A stretch of 63,246 nt of DNA, the filler included, from Platydemus manokwari (Eukaryota): assembly GCA_037951405.1 (NCBI GenBank). It is 5 parts of 5 records of this genome, joined end to end, with 100 filler letters (N's around TTAATTAATTAA, not from the genome) between each part and the next. Parts side by side here need not be neighbours in the genome. Positions count along the whole stretch, not along the records: positions 19,796 to 33,254 come from JBBMOY011721398.1; positions 33,355 to 43,956 come from JBBMOY011120885.1; 3 more parts are not named here. One strand, given 5' to 3'. Shown piece after piece: positions 19,796-33,973 of this stretch. Numbering within the stretch: the stretch's first letter is position 1; each line of letters starts with the position of its first letter. The position numbers were made by a program, and so were the translations under genes. The notes beneath the pieces were generated by a model. The model was not told the origin of the DNA and searched no databases. It was given only the letters and a program-made list of their open reading frames with translations.

Positions 19796-21975
19796 CTTTT
19801 TGTTCTGTTGTAAACATGACCTTTGAATTGATTATTAAAAATGAAGAAATTTTAGCAACTAATAATCATAAAATTAGAATTTTTTTTAATAAACCAAGTT
19901 GTGTTAATACAAGATTGTTTACGATGTAATAGTAATGTTTTGACAATATCCAACTCTGTTTTTATCATGAATAATGTGAGATCGTCAATTTCAGTTATTT
20001 GCAAATTGATTTTCTTTGTTAGAAGATTAGTAACTACAATGGAAAAAAATGGAAAAGTAGTAAAATCTATTATTGTAGGATATCATTTATAATTAATTAT
20101 TATAGTAGAAAGCATTTATTTGTACAGCAAATGTGATGATAAATATTATTTTTTCATTCAATGCTTTGGTAGTTTTGCTTCGTTTCGCATTAAAAAATAA
20201 ATAATAACTTAACTAGTTTTGAAAAAGAATTATCGGATCGTTATATTCGATTCAATCTTTTTGTGTTTTGTTCTGTAAACTATGAACAATATAGAATATA
20301 CAATGTGAATAAATATTAAAATTTGAAAATATTTTTTATAAATATTCATTATTATTTAAGAGCTCTTAAATTAAAATTCAAAATTTTAGTTATTTTTAGA
20401 ATGAACCAATTAATATTTTTACAATCTTAATATGCTATTTACATATTCCTGAACTTTTACCGATATGTCACAAGAATCAGTTTCTCATGAAATCGATTGT
20501 CACTTTAGCATTTCTCGTAGGCATTATTAATTATACATTTCTTAATGAAGACCAATAATAAATTCAGTAATAGAAAAGCAAAGATATTGTCAGAATATAA
20601 AGACAAAACAAGTTGATTTATTAATGATATAGTTAGAGTTATTAAATATGAATATATCTAATTATCACTAATAATTATATTCACGCTCACAGTTATAACG
20701 TAACATAATGCAAATAGCTAACGCAATCAACTTAAAGAAATTTTAACACTACTATTGCATTTCATTATGGCAATTGTAAAAAATATTTTTATTATTTATC
20801 CTTGATCATATTCATATTTCGAAATAACGCAAGTTCATCATTCTCCAACTAGTATGGAGAAGAATAGAATTTGTAGGAAATATATAACTTTATTAAAGCT
20901 TATGGGCACATAATGCTTCAGAATATTATAATTTTCATTAATAAATCGTATAATAATAAATTGTTTTATACATCTCAATGTGAAATACAATTGATTGAAA
21001 AAACTTTGAATCCATTATCTTCTTAAAGAATGTAGATATGAATAATTTATTGAGTAAATTTGTAATTACATTTATTATGATCAGCTTGAGACACAATCGA
21101 AAGTCGTCCGTTTCTGACAATTTCAATTACAATCGAGACATCAGTAATAATGAAATAATATAATATACGTACATATTTATAAATTTTTTAATCCATTTAT
21201 TTTGTCTTTAAACTTGGTAAGAATTAGAGATTGACGGAAACTTCAATTATCTAGGTTTCACTACTTGATAGTATAAAACTTTTTAACAGTTCGCTATGCC
21301 GTTATAGACTTATTTCCAAACCTAGTCCATTGTTAACAATACAATATTAATCAGGAAGCACTCGTTTGAATGATAATTCAATGAATCATTCTAGTAGATA
21401 ATGAATAGATTATAAAAATATATTTTCTTTAAACTTTGAAATTCATTCCTCAAAATATACATACTAATATTATAACAATGTTTACGAACAGAGTGTAGTG
21501 TGCTCAAAATGGTACAAAGTGGAATGTCATAACGTTATTTTAAAGTAAAATATACTGCTCTGATCGGTAATGATTAATCATAATTTATAAATTAGTGTTT
21601 TCGTTTCAGATTGTGCTCGGCTCTTCACCACTTTAAATTGGAACATTTTTCAACGCTTATTTAATTTATTAAGACTAGATTCAATTATACACACTATTCT
21701 ATTTTTACATAGAAAATGTGTTAGATATAAAATTGATTTATTGATTGAAAATTTCCAAAAATTCAAAGAATTGCATTTACTAACCCATAACTTGTCACAC
21801 AAATGTCAATAAAACTATCTCATAAATAAAATTTGCCAACTTTTATAATAGAATATTTTTTCATAGTAAAATAATTTTAGAATCATTAAAACAAAAAATT
21901 AAAAGCTATTTACATTATAGTAAATTAATAGATTCTAAATAAGAAACAAATATTACTGCAACAACGAAACCTTAC

Positions 21976-22797
21976 GTTTAATTTCGAATTTTGTTTAACT
22001 GACGTCAAAATAGAATAGAATATATTCTTATCATTTTCCAAAATTTTCAAATTATGAATGGCTTTTCTAGGATTAAAAAACGATGCCGCAGGAACAATTG
22101 GCCAAACGTTAATCAAACAATTCTTTTGGCTTTCTAATCGTGGAATAAGAACACCAAACATCAAACTGTTGATTTTAAATACCCAAAACGTATAGGTCTG
22201 TGAAAATATCAGATTTTTTGTCACATTAGTCACAGCAGATAGTAGTTGTAGAAGTTGGGTTTCAAACGTTTTGGTATTGTCGCCGATATTATTGACAGCA
22301 TTCAATTTCGGTGGATTAGATTGAACCTGGTAAACATTTTTGGTGATGATGATCATTGGTGATTCGTATTTGTACCATAAAGCTTTGGTAATGGTTTCAG
22401 AAAGTATGAGATTGTCCAATATTTCATATGATAAATTACTAAGAGCTATTACATATTTGGTGTCGCTTAAATTACAAATGACGTTCTTGATCAATTTGAA
22501 ATCCTGTTCATGGAAATATTCAAGAAACAAGCTGCAATCTTCAGATTTCATTTTCTTTATTAAACATTTACTTATCAATTTATTACTCATTCCTACCATA
22601 TCGTGAAGAAGAAATAGTTTACTAACCAACTGGAAATAAATTGCATTTTCTGATGTATTGTTATTGGATTCGAATTCTTGAAAATGTAAATTTGGGTTGA
22701 ACGATAATTCATGACGTTTAAATTCGGACTTTTTACAGTCAGAAATATAAGTGGATAAAGCATTTAAAATGTCGTCAAAATCAGATATTAGCGGCAT
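21976..22797 (-). CDS. Uncharacterised protein, probable first coding exon (~274 codons)
   Basis: A 290-codon ORF is very unlikely by chance in DNA this AT-rich. The ATG is in an AAATG context, and a donor AAC|GTAAGG sits at 21975. I recognise no family. Confidence 0.65.
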
Positions 22798-25177
22798 TTA
22801 TAATTAATCTAGACTGATATTGATGAAACTAGAATTATTATCCCGGTTGAAGGATTTGTTACACCCTTTAAGGCCTTGTCCATCATACTAAAATGATTCA
22901 TCTTTAATTTTATATACAGAAATTAAAATTTCAAACTTGTATTCATTTTAATTTTTGCTTCATGAAGTTTGAAAATGATTATTTATTAATTTAAACAATT
23001 TTCATTTACTAAATGTTAAATATAATTTATTTTATTTGTCTTTGATAATTAGTCTTAGGAATGTAAAATATTTCATAATGTGTTGTAAGAATATTCTTAC
23101 TTAATATTAATTATTTTTCAATTTAACTTATTTGTCAGAAATGTACTGAAATTCCCTAAACTTAGCAATCTAGATTTTGAAATAAATGGTAATTAATGAT
23201 AATTACTTAATGATAAGTACTTAAAAGAATTTTTAAAATCGATATTAACAAAATATCCAGATATGCAATTTTGAGAAATAATAATTATTATATTTATAAT
23301 TATTAATATTATTATTCTAATTATAGTAATAGAAATAATAACAATTATACCACTCTTATAATATATTATCCATTTTAGAATAAAATTATTGTTCATTGTT
23401 TAACCTGAATTACTGCGAACAAAATTCAGATCTCTTGAAAATTATCACCAAAATCTCATATGATCATAAGAAAGGTCTAAGAATATTTTTACACTTTTCA
23501 AATAAATTTTATGTAATTTTGAATAAAAATGAAGCTTTTATTACTACACTTACTTAACGATTTTGTGAATATGCTCAATTTGATTTTATTTATTATATAT
23601 ATAGGCGTTACTATATACCGGAGACCGAGATTTAGTTATTATAACGCACGATATTATTGTTTTATAGAGATTGATAATAAATTTAATTTTACTTTCAATT
23701 AAGCGGAATATTATTCCATTAGTTCTATTTTGTTCTACAAAATGTAATTCTGCAAAAATTCGATGTAATATGGAAAAATACTTAATAATAAATGTACTGC
23801 CATTTTTCAAATGATTTCCACACCTCTCACGAATTACATTAACTGATCTTACCGAAATCTCTTGCATAATTTAAAAACAAACATCTAAATTCGTAAGTTT
23901 CGTTGAGAAAATTAAACTCGAAAGAAAAATTATCTCAAGGTGTTAAATTGGGTTTTATGACTGACCATGTAGGCAGCAACGACTCACCCATCTACCAGGT
24001 TCATTCTGTAGGTTATAAAAAATGTAAAAAGCGTATCGAGCATAAAAATCAAGTTTTCAATATTGTATCTTACATAAAATTTCTCAATCGCGTTTATTTC
24101 CAAGCAATGTAATTTAGGCAAACTTTCCACTTTTTTCAAAGTGTACTTGTTAGAGAAAAATAAAAAAAAATACCTAAACAACAAACACAACAACATCTGA
24201 AATACCAATCTTGAATTGTAACTTTGATATTTTTCTTTTCATTTCAGTTGAGTTGCATTTAAAAAAACTTCAGTGAAAGTTGAAATATTTTTTTTCTTAA
24301 TAAAACTTTCTTATTTTTACCCAGATGCAACTCCGGAAAAATAATTAATTATTCAACCATATCAAACTGGTTTCTATCAAAAATTTAAATTATCTAAATT
24401 AATCTGTCACAACACGACAATACTCAATAGATTTGAAACATAAACAGCAATTCATTGAAAATCACCCTATCATTAAGCAATAAAATCAATTTTTCTGCGA
24501 TCAAAAAAATATTTACAATCGGATACTGTATTAGTTCCATCAATTGGTCGGATTAATACAATTAATTTTATTAATAGTTTATCGGAACAAACATTTATAA
24601 TGACTATTATATCACAATAAACCTAAGTACATTTAGGAAAGAATAAAAAATAAAAGAATAAAAATATACATATATATTTATTTATATGAATCGTCTTATT
24701 GACTTACACTAATTTATATACTTGTTTTCATGGTTCAGACTATTCTCTAGGTACTTAAATATTTATGCTCTCCTTAACCGCAGGCTTGAATGACATTAGC
24801 TAGCTGTAATGTAGTGATGGTATCGTTTGTATGCTCTAAAAAATGATACACACCAACACAATTCAGTTAGTGTGTTTGTAATAATTCTTTAAGACCAATT
24901 TGCAGCACGCTGCACTCTGTTTCAGTTAATTGGCCAATGATCAATGGCATTTAAATTGTTATTGGATTCCATTCGTATGTCAGAGATTTTTTGTCTTAGT
25001 ACAGGAAGAGGAAAATAAGCTATAGTCTATACTCTGACAGATAGTTTACCAATAGATCTGAACTTGGTGACACATGATTATCTCAAGTATCCGGAGCCGT
25101 TTAGTGTAATTAAAAAATAATTGATTAAATCATTTGGAATAGCTAATGACATTTTAAGTTAATAGACTAAAAAGAAA

Positions 25178-26084
25178 ATGGCTCAAGCAGCAAATACGGC
25201 ATGGTTGGCTTTGCCTCGATCATCGGCAATAGGTTGGGCTCCGCTATCGACGAAACCGTATCCTTCTCAGTTTCAAAATGTTTGTGAATCCGATTTGGTA
25301 TTTGATGTTGATGGCAAAAACAGACCTTCGATTGAAAAGCGAATGATAATTAATGTCAGCGGAAGAAAATTTGAAATATCACAATATTTAGTCGATCGTT
25401 ATCCCCAAACCCTACTTGGTTCTTCTGATGATCGAGAAAAATTTTTTGACAAGGAATTGCAAGAATATTTTTTTGATCGTGACCCAGAATTATTTCGCTA
25501 TGTATTGATATTTTATAGACATGGTTATACTCATTTTGCAAGAAACGAATGTTCTGCTGCTTTTGAAGAAGAGATGAATTTCTTTCGTATCGATATGATT
25601 GGTTTAAACTTTTGTTGTTATGAAGTGTATGAAGATTGCCACCAAGAAGCATTAGAAAGAATGTCTGACATCAATCAGGAATTATCACCAGATTTAAATA
25701 AGAAATTTGAGGGTCTCTGTATGAAGAAAATTCGATTTAAAATTTGGGAAGCATTTGAAAACCCGTCCAGCTCAATGGTTGCTCAGGTAATATATTACGT
25801 TTCGGGATTCTTCATCGCTGCCTCTGTCTTTGCAAATGTGCTCGAAACAATTCCTTGCTCAACATCAACAGAAACTGGGACATCCATTAATTTTGGAATA
25901 AAATACGAATCGATATTCTCCTGTTCTGATGCAGCATGCGTTATCCTTTTTACTGTTGAATATATATTCAGACTTTTTGCTTCACCTGAGCCTTTGAAGT
26001 TTTTCAGATCAGTTATGAGCGTAATCGACGTCGTTGCCATTTTACCGTTTTATATTGGTTTAATGATGCATGACAACAAGGTTG
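25178..26084 (+). CDS. Shal: Voltage-gated K+ channel, Shal/Kv4 family, first coding exon (N-terminus, T1, S1-S3); S4-S6 exons not in this contig
   Basis: N-terminal AWLALPRSSAIGW resembles the Kv4 motif AWLPFARAAAIGW. T1 domain INVSGRKF...YPQTLLGS...EYFFDRDPELFR carries the Zn site H-x5-C-x20-CC. Also WEAFENP, S1 YYVSGFFIAASVFANVLETIPC and S3 SVMSVIDVVAILPFYIGL. Donor is at 26081 (GTTGGT) or 26085 (GTATGG). Confidence 0.95.
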
Positions 26085-29000
26085 GTATGGATGTTTATTC
26101 AGTCATTATTATTTCATGGATTTTTATTCGATGAATTTTTAATAAGAGAAAATATTTTATCAATGCTAATGAGTTGATATTATATAGACATAAATCAATA
26201 TTTGTTGTCCCAGATTATAAATCATTTTGATAGAATTGCGATAATACTTTTTCATTTTCATTGTGTTTTAATATAATGAAATAATTCACTGTTTGATCAG
26301 GACTTTAACAAAATGCTTTGCTTCATTTCATCTTGAGACATCTTTTATTTTTTTTATTTCTGTTTCATAAGAGTTTGAGACATTGAAATCATTATTTTTT
26401 GGTATTTTTTATCGCAACTTGAGATTATAAATAATTTCATTAATTCGGTTCTAATTTATAAAAATATTAATATTCTGTCGAAAATCAGTAACAAACTTAT
26501 CTATCAAATCTAAATCAACAGCGTCAAAAAATAATAGAAACTCTGGTATTTTGATATTGAAATGCTTATTCATAATTTTTTCAAATCACCAAAAATTCCT
26601 GTTCAACTGATTCTATATTGTGCCAGAAAAATATTGTCAACCAAGGGTTCGATTTTCACAAAATTATTAGAACAAAAATATTTTTAGTATCTAAATTTCG
26701 ATCAATCAATAGTTACAATGCCAAAATCTGCTCCGTGAGAATTTTCCAAATTTATTGGCTTCATATAATGAAAGAATTTTTTAATAATCTTCTTAATAGT
26801 TTATCAAAGAATAATTTGTATTTGAGAAGTGAATTTTAATATGTTATTAAATTTTTATATGTCAAATATTGACTATTGTAGTGGACTACTGAAATATTTA
26901 ATAACAACTCAGATATAAGAAGTCATTAATTATGAAGATTTATCTTCAGTCTACAGAGTTAATATAATTTAAATGACGATAAAAACGATTCAGTTTCCAG
27001 GTTTTCTAATACTTGTTTAATTATAATTGCTTCTTTTAGTTTCTTGGGATATAATTTCATTTGTTTCATAAATTGTCGGGTTAATTTTATATTGATTGAT
27101 GCTTAATAAATTACAGACTATTTAATGAAGTAATTAAAAAATTTCGTTACTGAAATATGGTTGTTTAATTGTTTGGAAGCATAGAAATTTATTTTAAAAT
27201 ATTATTTTTACCCATTGGAGCTCTTTGCTTCACATCATTTTTCTCTTTAGTTTCTGTTATTTGGTTATTCTTTATGGTCCAAAATTTCATGGTTATTGAT
27301 TGATTGGGATTGTCCAGTAGTATCATAGCTTTCATGAATTAATTTTGAGCTACTTGGATTTTCACATTACAGCAATCGCTATTTGATTTTGTCCCGAGGT
27401 TCTTCAGACTTAATCTTTGCTTTACCGGCACCGAAATGGAATTACCATTGCGCGTAACTCCATTTGATGTTTGAAATTTTTCAATTTAAGTATCTTTGAG
27501 TCTGATTTTCTGAAAGACGGTATCATTGTTTGACATCTAGTTTCCTGAACGATAATAATATATATCAGTGTTTTTCAAGCATTAAGAATTGTGAAGCGAT
27601 CAAAAGATTTTTAAAAATAAGTAATCTACCTTTTACTGAAAATTAGTCCTATTACAGCTCTCCGTAGGAGCCTTCAGGAACGATGACTAAAAATGATGAT
27701 GATATTTTTATGATACGGATAAAGCCTCAGATCAGAGACAGATAGGACTAAAAGACATCAAGAAAATGGCTTTTCGTTTATATATTAATTTAGAGACCAA
27801 TTCATCAAATAATCCAAAACCCCTGATTACAAAACCACGCAGAACCCGGTTGGATTTTAAAGCACTGATAGGCAATAAATTTTGACGCATTATTGCCGTC
27901 AGGATAAATTCGGTTGGACTACGAAAACTTGAAGAAATCCAAATCAAATTGAATTACAGATTGATCTACGAGCGTGTTGGATGACCATGCCTCAATCTGA
28001 TAATTAATTAAAAATAATAATCATATTATAATTATTGTATAAAGCACATATTATCAACTAGTATAAACAGCGGAAATTACACATAATTTTGTTTAAATTC
28101 ACTACATATTAAGTATGTTGGTAACATTTTATTTTACATTATGTTTTCATGTTTAGGGTGACAAAGAGCGTATGCACTAGGCTATTCCTTTTAAATAGAT
28201 TCTGTGCTTTAAATTATTTGTTTTAATCGAATAAACCTTATTGCTCAATTTTGTTTTAATTCTGTATCTCTATTCAGCTTATGTAACGGAATCATAGGTA
28301 AAATTTAATTAAAATGTATTTTTGGTTATTATATTAAATATTTATAATAGATATACTTTCAAACAAAAACCATAATAATTAGCATGCCGGACATTAAAAA
28401 AAAATTAAAATAACTCTATAAATAGCAATATTCGTTTAGCATCACTAAAAATATTAATTCTGGTTTTTTGAAATCATTTGTCAATTAGACAAATGAGGTT
28501 AAATTTGTTTGAGTGGAATGAAGGAAAAAACAAATGTAATTTTTAAAAAACTTCAGTAAAATAGTCAAAGATAGATTATCACTACTAGTTTGACTAACTA
28601 TGACTGATCACTAAAAACTTCTTTTTTGTCGATCCGAGACATATCATTGATTGTATTTAATTTTTAATAATTTTTTCACATTTTAGTTAGTTTTTACCTG
28701 ATTTTAGAGACATTTATCGACATCAATGTTTACACTGAATGAATAAATGGATATTAATTGGTGTTTATTTATGTATTTAAAACTTCACTATTTAATCTCA
28801 ATATTGACAAGTTTAAAAAAATTAAAATTTTACTTTGATTTCTAATTTTAGCGTAAATAAAATTACTAAAATCTAGTTTCTGTTTGACAATTTATTTTGA
28901 ATTTTTTTTAATATACAATTTCCATCAAGTATAGTCATAAACTATCTCAATAATATGAACTTTTAAAATATATGCACAAAACGATATTTTCTAACCTTAC

Positions 29001-30517
29001 CCAATCCCAAGATGTTCAAATGAATTAATTTATAGCATATGCTATCTCTTACTTATGTTACGAGAGAATAACTTTGAGTACTATAGATGAAACGGTATTA
29101 TTTTCGCTTTTATCAATATATCAAACAAACAGTAATTACTAGAAAAAACCATTCTAGTTGTAATTATGATATCGATAATTATTTTTGAATGTGAAAAAGC
29201 AAAATATAGCAGAAGTCTCTATAAAAATGTTATTCAAGTTTTAGAATCTCGTTTGTAACCATAGCGTATTTTTGTGATACATTTTTGTGATTTTTAAATA
29301 ATTTTAATGTTTTCATTCGAACGAAAATATTTAATATTCAAATCATTGGAGATTTTTTTTCAATTACGCTTTTTAAGTTTTTTAAACTCAATAAGCAAAG
29401 CTACTATGAGCGGTTCGAAAATTAATGGAATCCTACTATTGATAAAATCATCTAGCCAACATGGAATGAAGTAAAAACTGAAATAACCCAACGAAAGGAT
29501 TTAAGATCAAATATTTTAACTAATTAAGGAGTCTAACTTCTCGACTTTATCTTGAAATTTAATAAATGGTTTCGGTTTGAGTGAATTCATTATTCAATAA
29601 ACATCTTAATGTTGTCGTATAATGAGAAGTATTTAAGCTACTTCAACGCTTTTGATTAAAATTTTGATCAAATTCTTTTCCTAACTCCATTTAATCTATA
29701 AAAATGTAAAACAAATTTTCCTCCTTAAACGTTTACCTCAATTCAGTAGTGATTTCATCAATTATATGCGTGAGCATTTTAAATTGAGTTAAAAATTTTA
29801 TAGATTTAATTTTTATAAAATTTGATTTTATATAAAATTTAATTCTGTATAAAAATTTTTTGTATAAAATCAAATTAGTTTGTTTAAATAATTGTATTGA
29901 AATATAATTTGGTGTCGTGGCTTTTCAGTTCGTTTTGAATGTGTGGTTTTTAAGATAGTAGCAGCTTACAATACATTTGATTTTTAAACTAAAATTCATA
30001 TTTTTCCACTGACTATGACTGAAGTTCGAAAAACCTTTATTTCACGAGTAAAGGTTTTAATCAAATTCACCTTTTCCTGATAAGGTGACTTTGGATAACG
30101 TTTCCTGTTTAAAACTTATTTAAAATGGAGACTTATCAATTTTTATCAAAATTTGAAAATGTTTAAAAATATAAGAAATATTTCCCTTATTAGCATATAT
30201 AATTCAGTTTTTAAAATGGAATAAATAGATAGATAAATAGAACTTAAAATTGGATAATATACGCAGTTACTAGTTGTTTTTTTTCCAAAAATTGAGTAAT
30301 TACAAATAAACTAAACAAAAATAAAATTTATTATGTCGATAAACACTCTTGATATTCAAATAAAATTAAACATTTTAATTCATGAAGCCGTACTCGATTT
30401 CAAGTCACTGTTTTGTTGGGTGTAGAAGAATCTATTAAAAAGTAACGATCCTAAGCATTTTATAACCATTGCTTTCATGATTTGCATATACTCAAACCTC
30501 TAAATTTAAACATGCGC

Positions 30518-30773
30518 GGCTACGTATAAAATAAAATTTGGGAAGAATTTTTCATTTTTGACAAAAGATTTAATCACAAATATAACACAAAACAAAGATC
30601 AATTACCCCAATAAAAATTGGATAAATATTGATACCTAAAAGGAGTCAATTATCATAATACATACAAATTCAAGGTTACAAGTATAGTACTGATTGAGGT
30701 TTTGTCAGGGCTAAGTGATAATTTTTATTATATAATCGTGTTTTGGGCCTATTTTATTTATTTGCACGTAGTC
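30518..30773. mobile_element. MITE-like element (~255 bp) in the Kv4 intron
   Basis: Imperfect terminal inverted repeats GGCTACGTATAAAATAAAAT and ATTTTATTTATTTGCACGTAGTC. Confidence 0.5.
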
Positions 30774-33254
30774 ATATCTGTGATATTTTGAGAGTAAATT
30801 TATACTTATTGTTTTTTATTATGATACACAACAATACGGGGTTATTAATTTATTTATGATGAGTTTATTCATTCAATTTTAATTTTTTAATTGGATCAGT
30901 TTATATGAAAAATTATTTTCATTTCATTTTCAATTTGTAGAATTTAAAATTGTAAAATACCCAATTTTTCAATATATTTTTCACAACAACCATTGAATGG
31001 AAGAATACATACAGATATTTATTCATAAACATTGATAACCGAGATACCCATACATTAAAATATGGGATGTACATAGTTCTATGAATCACAGTTTGCTAGT
31101 ACAATCATTTCGGTCTCCGTCTTCCAGTTTCTGTTGTCTGGAATATCCTCTTCATTTATTTTTAAAGTTGTCTTTGTTGCTGTCCTCTTTTTCGTGTGAA
31201 ACCCCCATTGCAGATAGCTCGCATTTATATTCTACTTTATGCAAACAAATGCTATTTTGTTTATTATTTTCTTATCCATCTCTAGTTCCTTTACAACTGT
31301 GACGTTGGTCTGTGTTTCTCGAGTTCCGAGAATCCTTACAAAACAAGTGAACAGTTCAACAGTCCAGTCAGGCTGCTTTTTTACGCATTTCGTAAGTCTG
31401 AGTATTTTTCTTTAATTTTCTTTTGAGCTAGCTAGGCCATTAATGCAGACTCGTCCATGGGGCATTTTAAATCGATTAGATCGATTGTTATTAAATATTA
31501 GAAATGTTAATAGAAATTTATAGAATTACTATTTAGATTTAGATTTTTAGATGTATTTTATTTACATTTGAATAATTATAATTTTCAAACAAATTCAAAA
31601 TTATATTAATAATACAGTTTATTAAAAATGTGTTAATAATTATTCATATGACTGTTATTTGAGTGTATGAGACAAATTATATTTTTTCAATAAATATTAA
31701 TTAATATAAAATAATATATAAATAAAATAATTATTGAGTTTAAAATTTGAGTTGTATTAATTGTTTGAAATTTCTGTGAAATGAAACGTATTGAAGTATT
31801 CTAAATTGGATTAGTAGAACTTTAAAATTACTATACAAAATCTGGATTGAATATATAAATGCCAATTCTGTTAAGCATCGACAGAAATTAAAATTAAGAA
31901 ATTCAGATATTGAGACCCAGTTTAATAAATAGAGGCTATTGAAGTATGTTCAAGAGTACTAGAATATCAAATATCTTGAGAAAAAATCAATGAGAAATTC
32001 TTTTTACTATTAATTTATCAAGAAATTAATAGTTTAATCTAATTCCCATCAGAAGACAAAATGGTGAACCGTAATTGGAAAATTATGAAAGCATCAACAG
32101 ACTTTAGACAATTTTTTTCACAAATTATATTATTCATTTAAACTAAGCATTGACTAAAATATAAAAATGAATGTCAAACGACTATATTCAAATATTTTGT
32201 CGCATTAAAGAATATTCCATTCATTCAAGTAGTCATTGATAGAGAAATACGATATTTTACTGTTTTTCATAATAAAATTTCGATGACCAAGCTTTTTGCC
32301 ACAAATTATATTTTTATGATTATAGAAATTTTTATGGTTGGAAGTCTGTTTAATCATGTGAAATAATTCTCACCAGTATTCTGAAGATTGATTCTCTCAA
32401 TATAAATATTTATTAATGAAATTTATTTACCTAGTTTCCATCATGATTGCTGATTTTAACAATTTGAGTGGAAACATAATCACTAATCAACATTTCAATA
32501 AAATAATAATGATTGTTAGAATAGACTTATCGTGTTTGGCTGTTAATACCTTTTGAAATCTCATTTTCGATTCTCAGCACAGAGATGTACTATAAAGTAT
32601 GAGATACACATGCAATCAGTTAGAAAATATAATACTTCAGTATTATTGGATAATGATTTCTTAAACTCATGTACACACAAAACATTACTCATCGATAAAC
32701 ATAAAAGCATTTCAAGACTGATAAAGCAATCGAAATTCTTTGTTAGTAATTATTATTGAAATTCATGCAATCAAATAAAATTCCTAAGACAAATTATGAA
32801 ATATGTACTAATGGTTAGAGTGAATTTTGTCACTATTGCTCAACTTTTGTTTTTAATTTTTGTGATGATTTTGAAGGGCATTTATTTCTTATTGCCACTT
32901 ATAAATTTAGGGTATAATATTCAATAGTAGTCAATAAAATAAAAATAAATGTATCGTTTCTTGTATAAGTTGATCGAAAGTTACAAATTTCAAATGTTAT
33001 TAAAAAGCGAGAATTATTAACTTCTAATCTCAAAATTATCTTAATCCAAAATATTTTTTACCATTTTATATTACATTAAAACTTCAAATAAGAAAATAAT
33101 CACACTGAATTTATTTTTAAGTTTAATTTAATAAATATATAAGTATATATCATGTGGGTAATTTTATTTATCAAAATTATGGTAATTATCTAATTATAAT
33201 GTTTCTTAAATTATTATTACATTATTATGCGTAAGTATAATTTGAACGTTGTAA

Positions 33255-33354
33255 NNNNNNNNNNNNNNNNNNNNNNNNNNNNNNNNNNNNNNNNNNNNTT
33301 AATTAATTAANNNNNNNNNNNNNNNNNNNNNNNNNNNNNNNNNNNNNNNNNNNN
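33255..33354. other. Artificial 100-bp contig spacer
   Basis: N run with central TTAATTAATTAA at 33299-33310. Confidence 0.97.
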
Positions 33355-33426
33355 TTTTAGTCTATCGCGTGAGATGTTATTCAAATGAAAAGTCGATCTT
33401 ACGTACACAAAAGTTGGCCACCTCTG
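33355..33426. mobile_element. Terminal fragment of a hAT-type DNA transposon/MITE at the contig start
   Basis: Ends ...AAAGTCGATCTTACGTACACAAAAGTTGGCCACCTCTG. The reverse complement CAGAGGTGGCCAAC is a typical hAT-like TIR, and a related TIR recurs at 39153/39344. Confidence 0.55.
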
Positions 33427-33973
33427 GTCTATTGGATCATAATGTTTTCATAATTTTATTTATCATTAACACTCCCTTTATTGGTGGTAAATAGAATAAA
33501 TATAGATTATACGTGGGTTATTTGCACAAAATAGAATTAATGTTGTTTCCAATAGTGCATGTCAAGTTTCAGAAAATACGGTATTAGGCTGTCATCAATT
33601 ATATTTATGTTTATTTAATTGAATAGATTGCTGAGCGTATTTATGAATTATTTTGCAATTATAGACATCATATTTTCTGGTTATCTCCGTTGAAAATTCT
33701 TTTAGTCAAAAAGTTTTTAATGCATTTATTCAAAAGCCATATGCATTTATATATTGTTCTTTAATTCAGACTTTCTCTTTATTTGTTAAGTATAATTTTA
33801 GATTGAATTAAATTACTTCGTTTGTACAAATTTTTGTTTACTGATTCTGATTTCGGGTTTGAAAACAATTATAGTGGACGTTTAAATTACTACTAGAAAA
33901 CACAAATTGAATTTGTTAATTTTTTTAATATTTGATTTTAATCTATAATATCAGATATGCTCTTTTCTAACAG

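Noticed and set aside
26085-26134. DVYSVIIISWIFIR as a degenerate S4 segment
   Set aside because: It lacks the R-x-x-R periodicity, follows two good splice donors and is AT-rich. It is most likely intron read-through.
27300-28000. GC-richer patches inside the Kv4 intron (also 31080-31460) as nested genes
   Set aside because: All frames I tried hit stops within ~70 codons and showed no recognisable domain. They are probably old TE debris.
29790-29880. AT-rich inverted repeats (also 40180-40230)
   Set aside because: Low-complexity A/T palindromes are expected by chance at this base composition.
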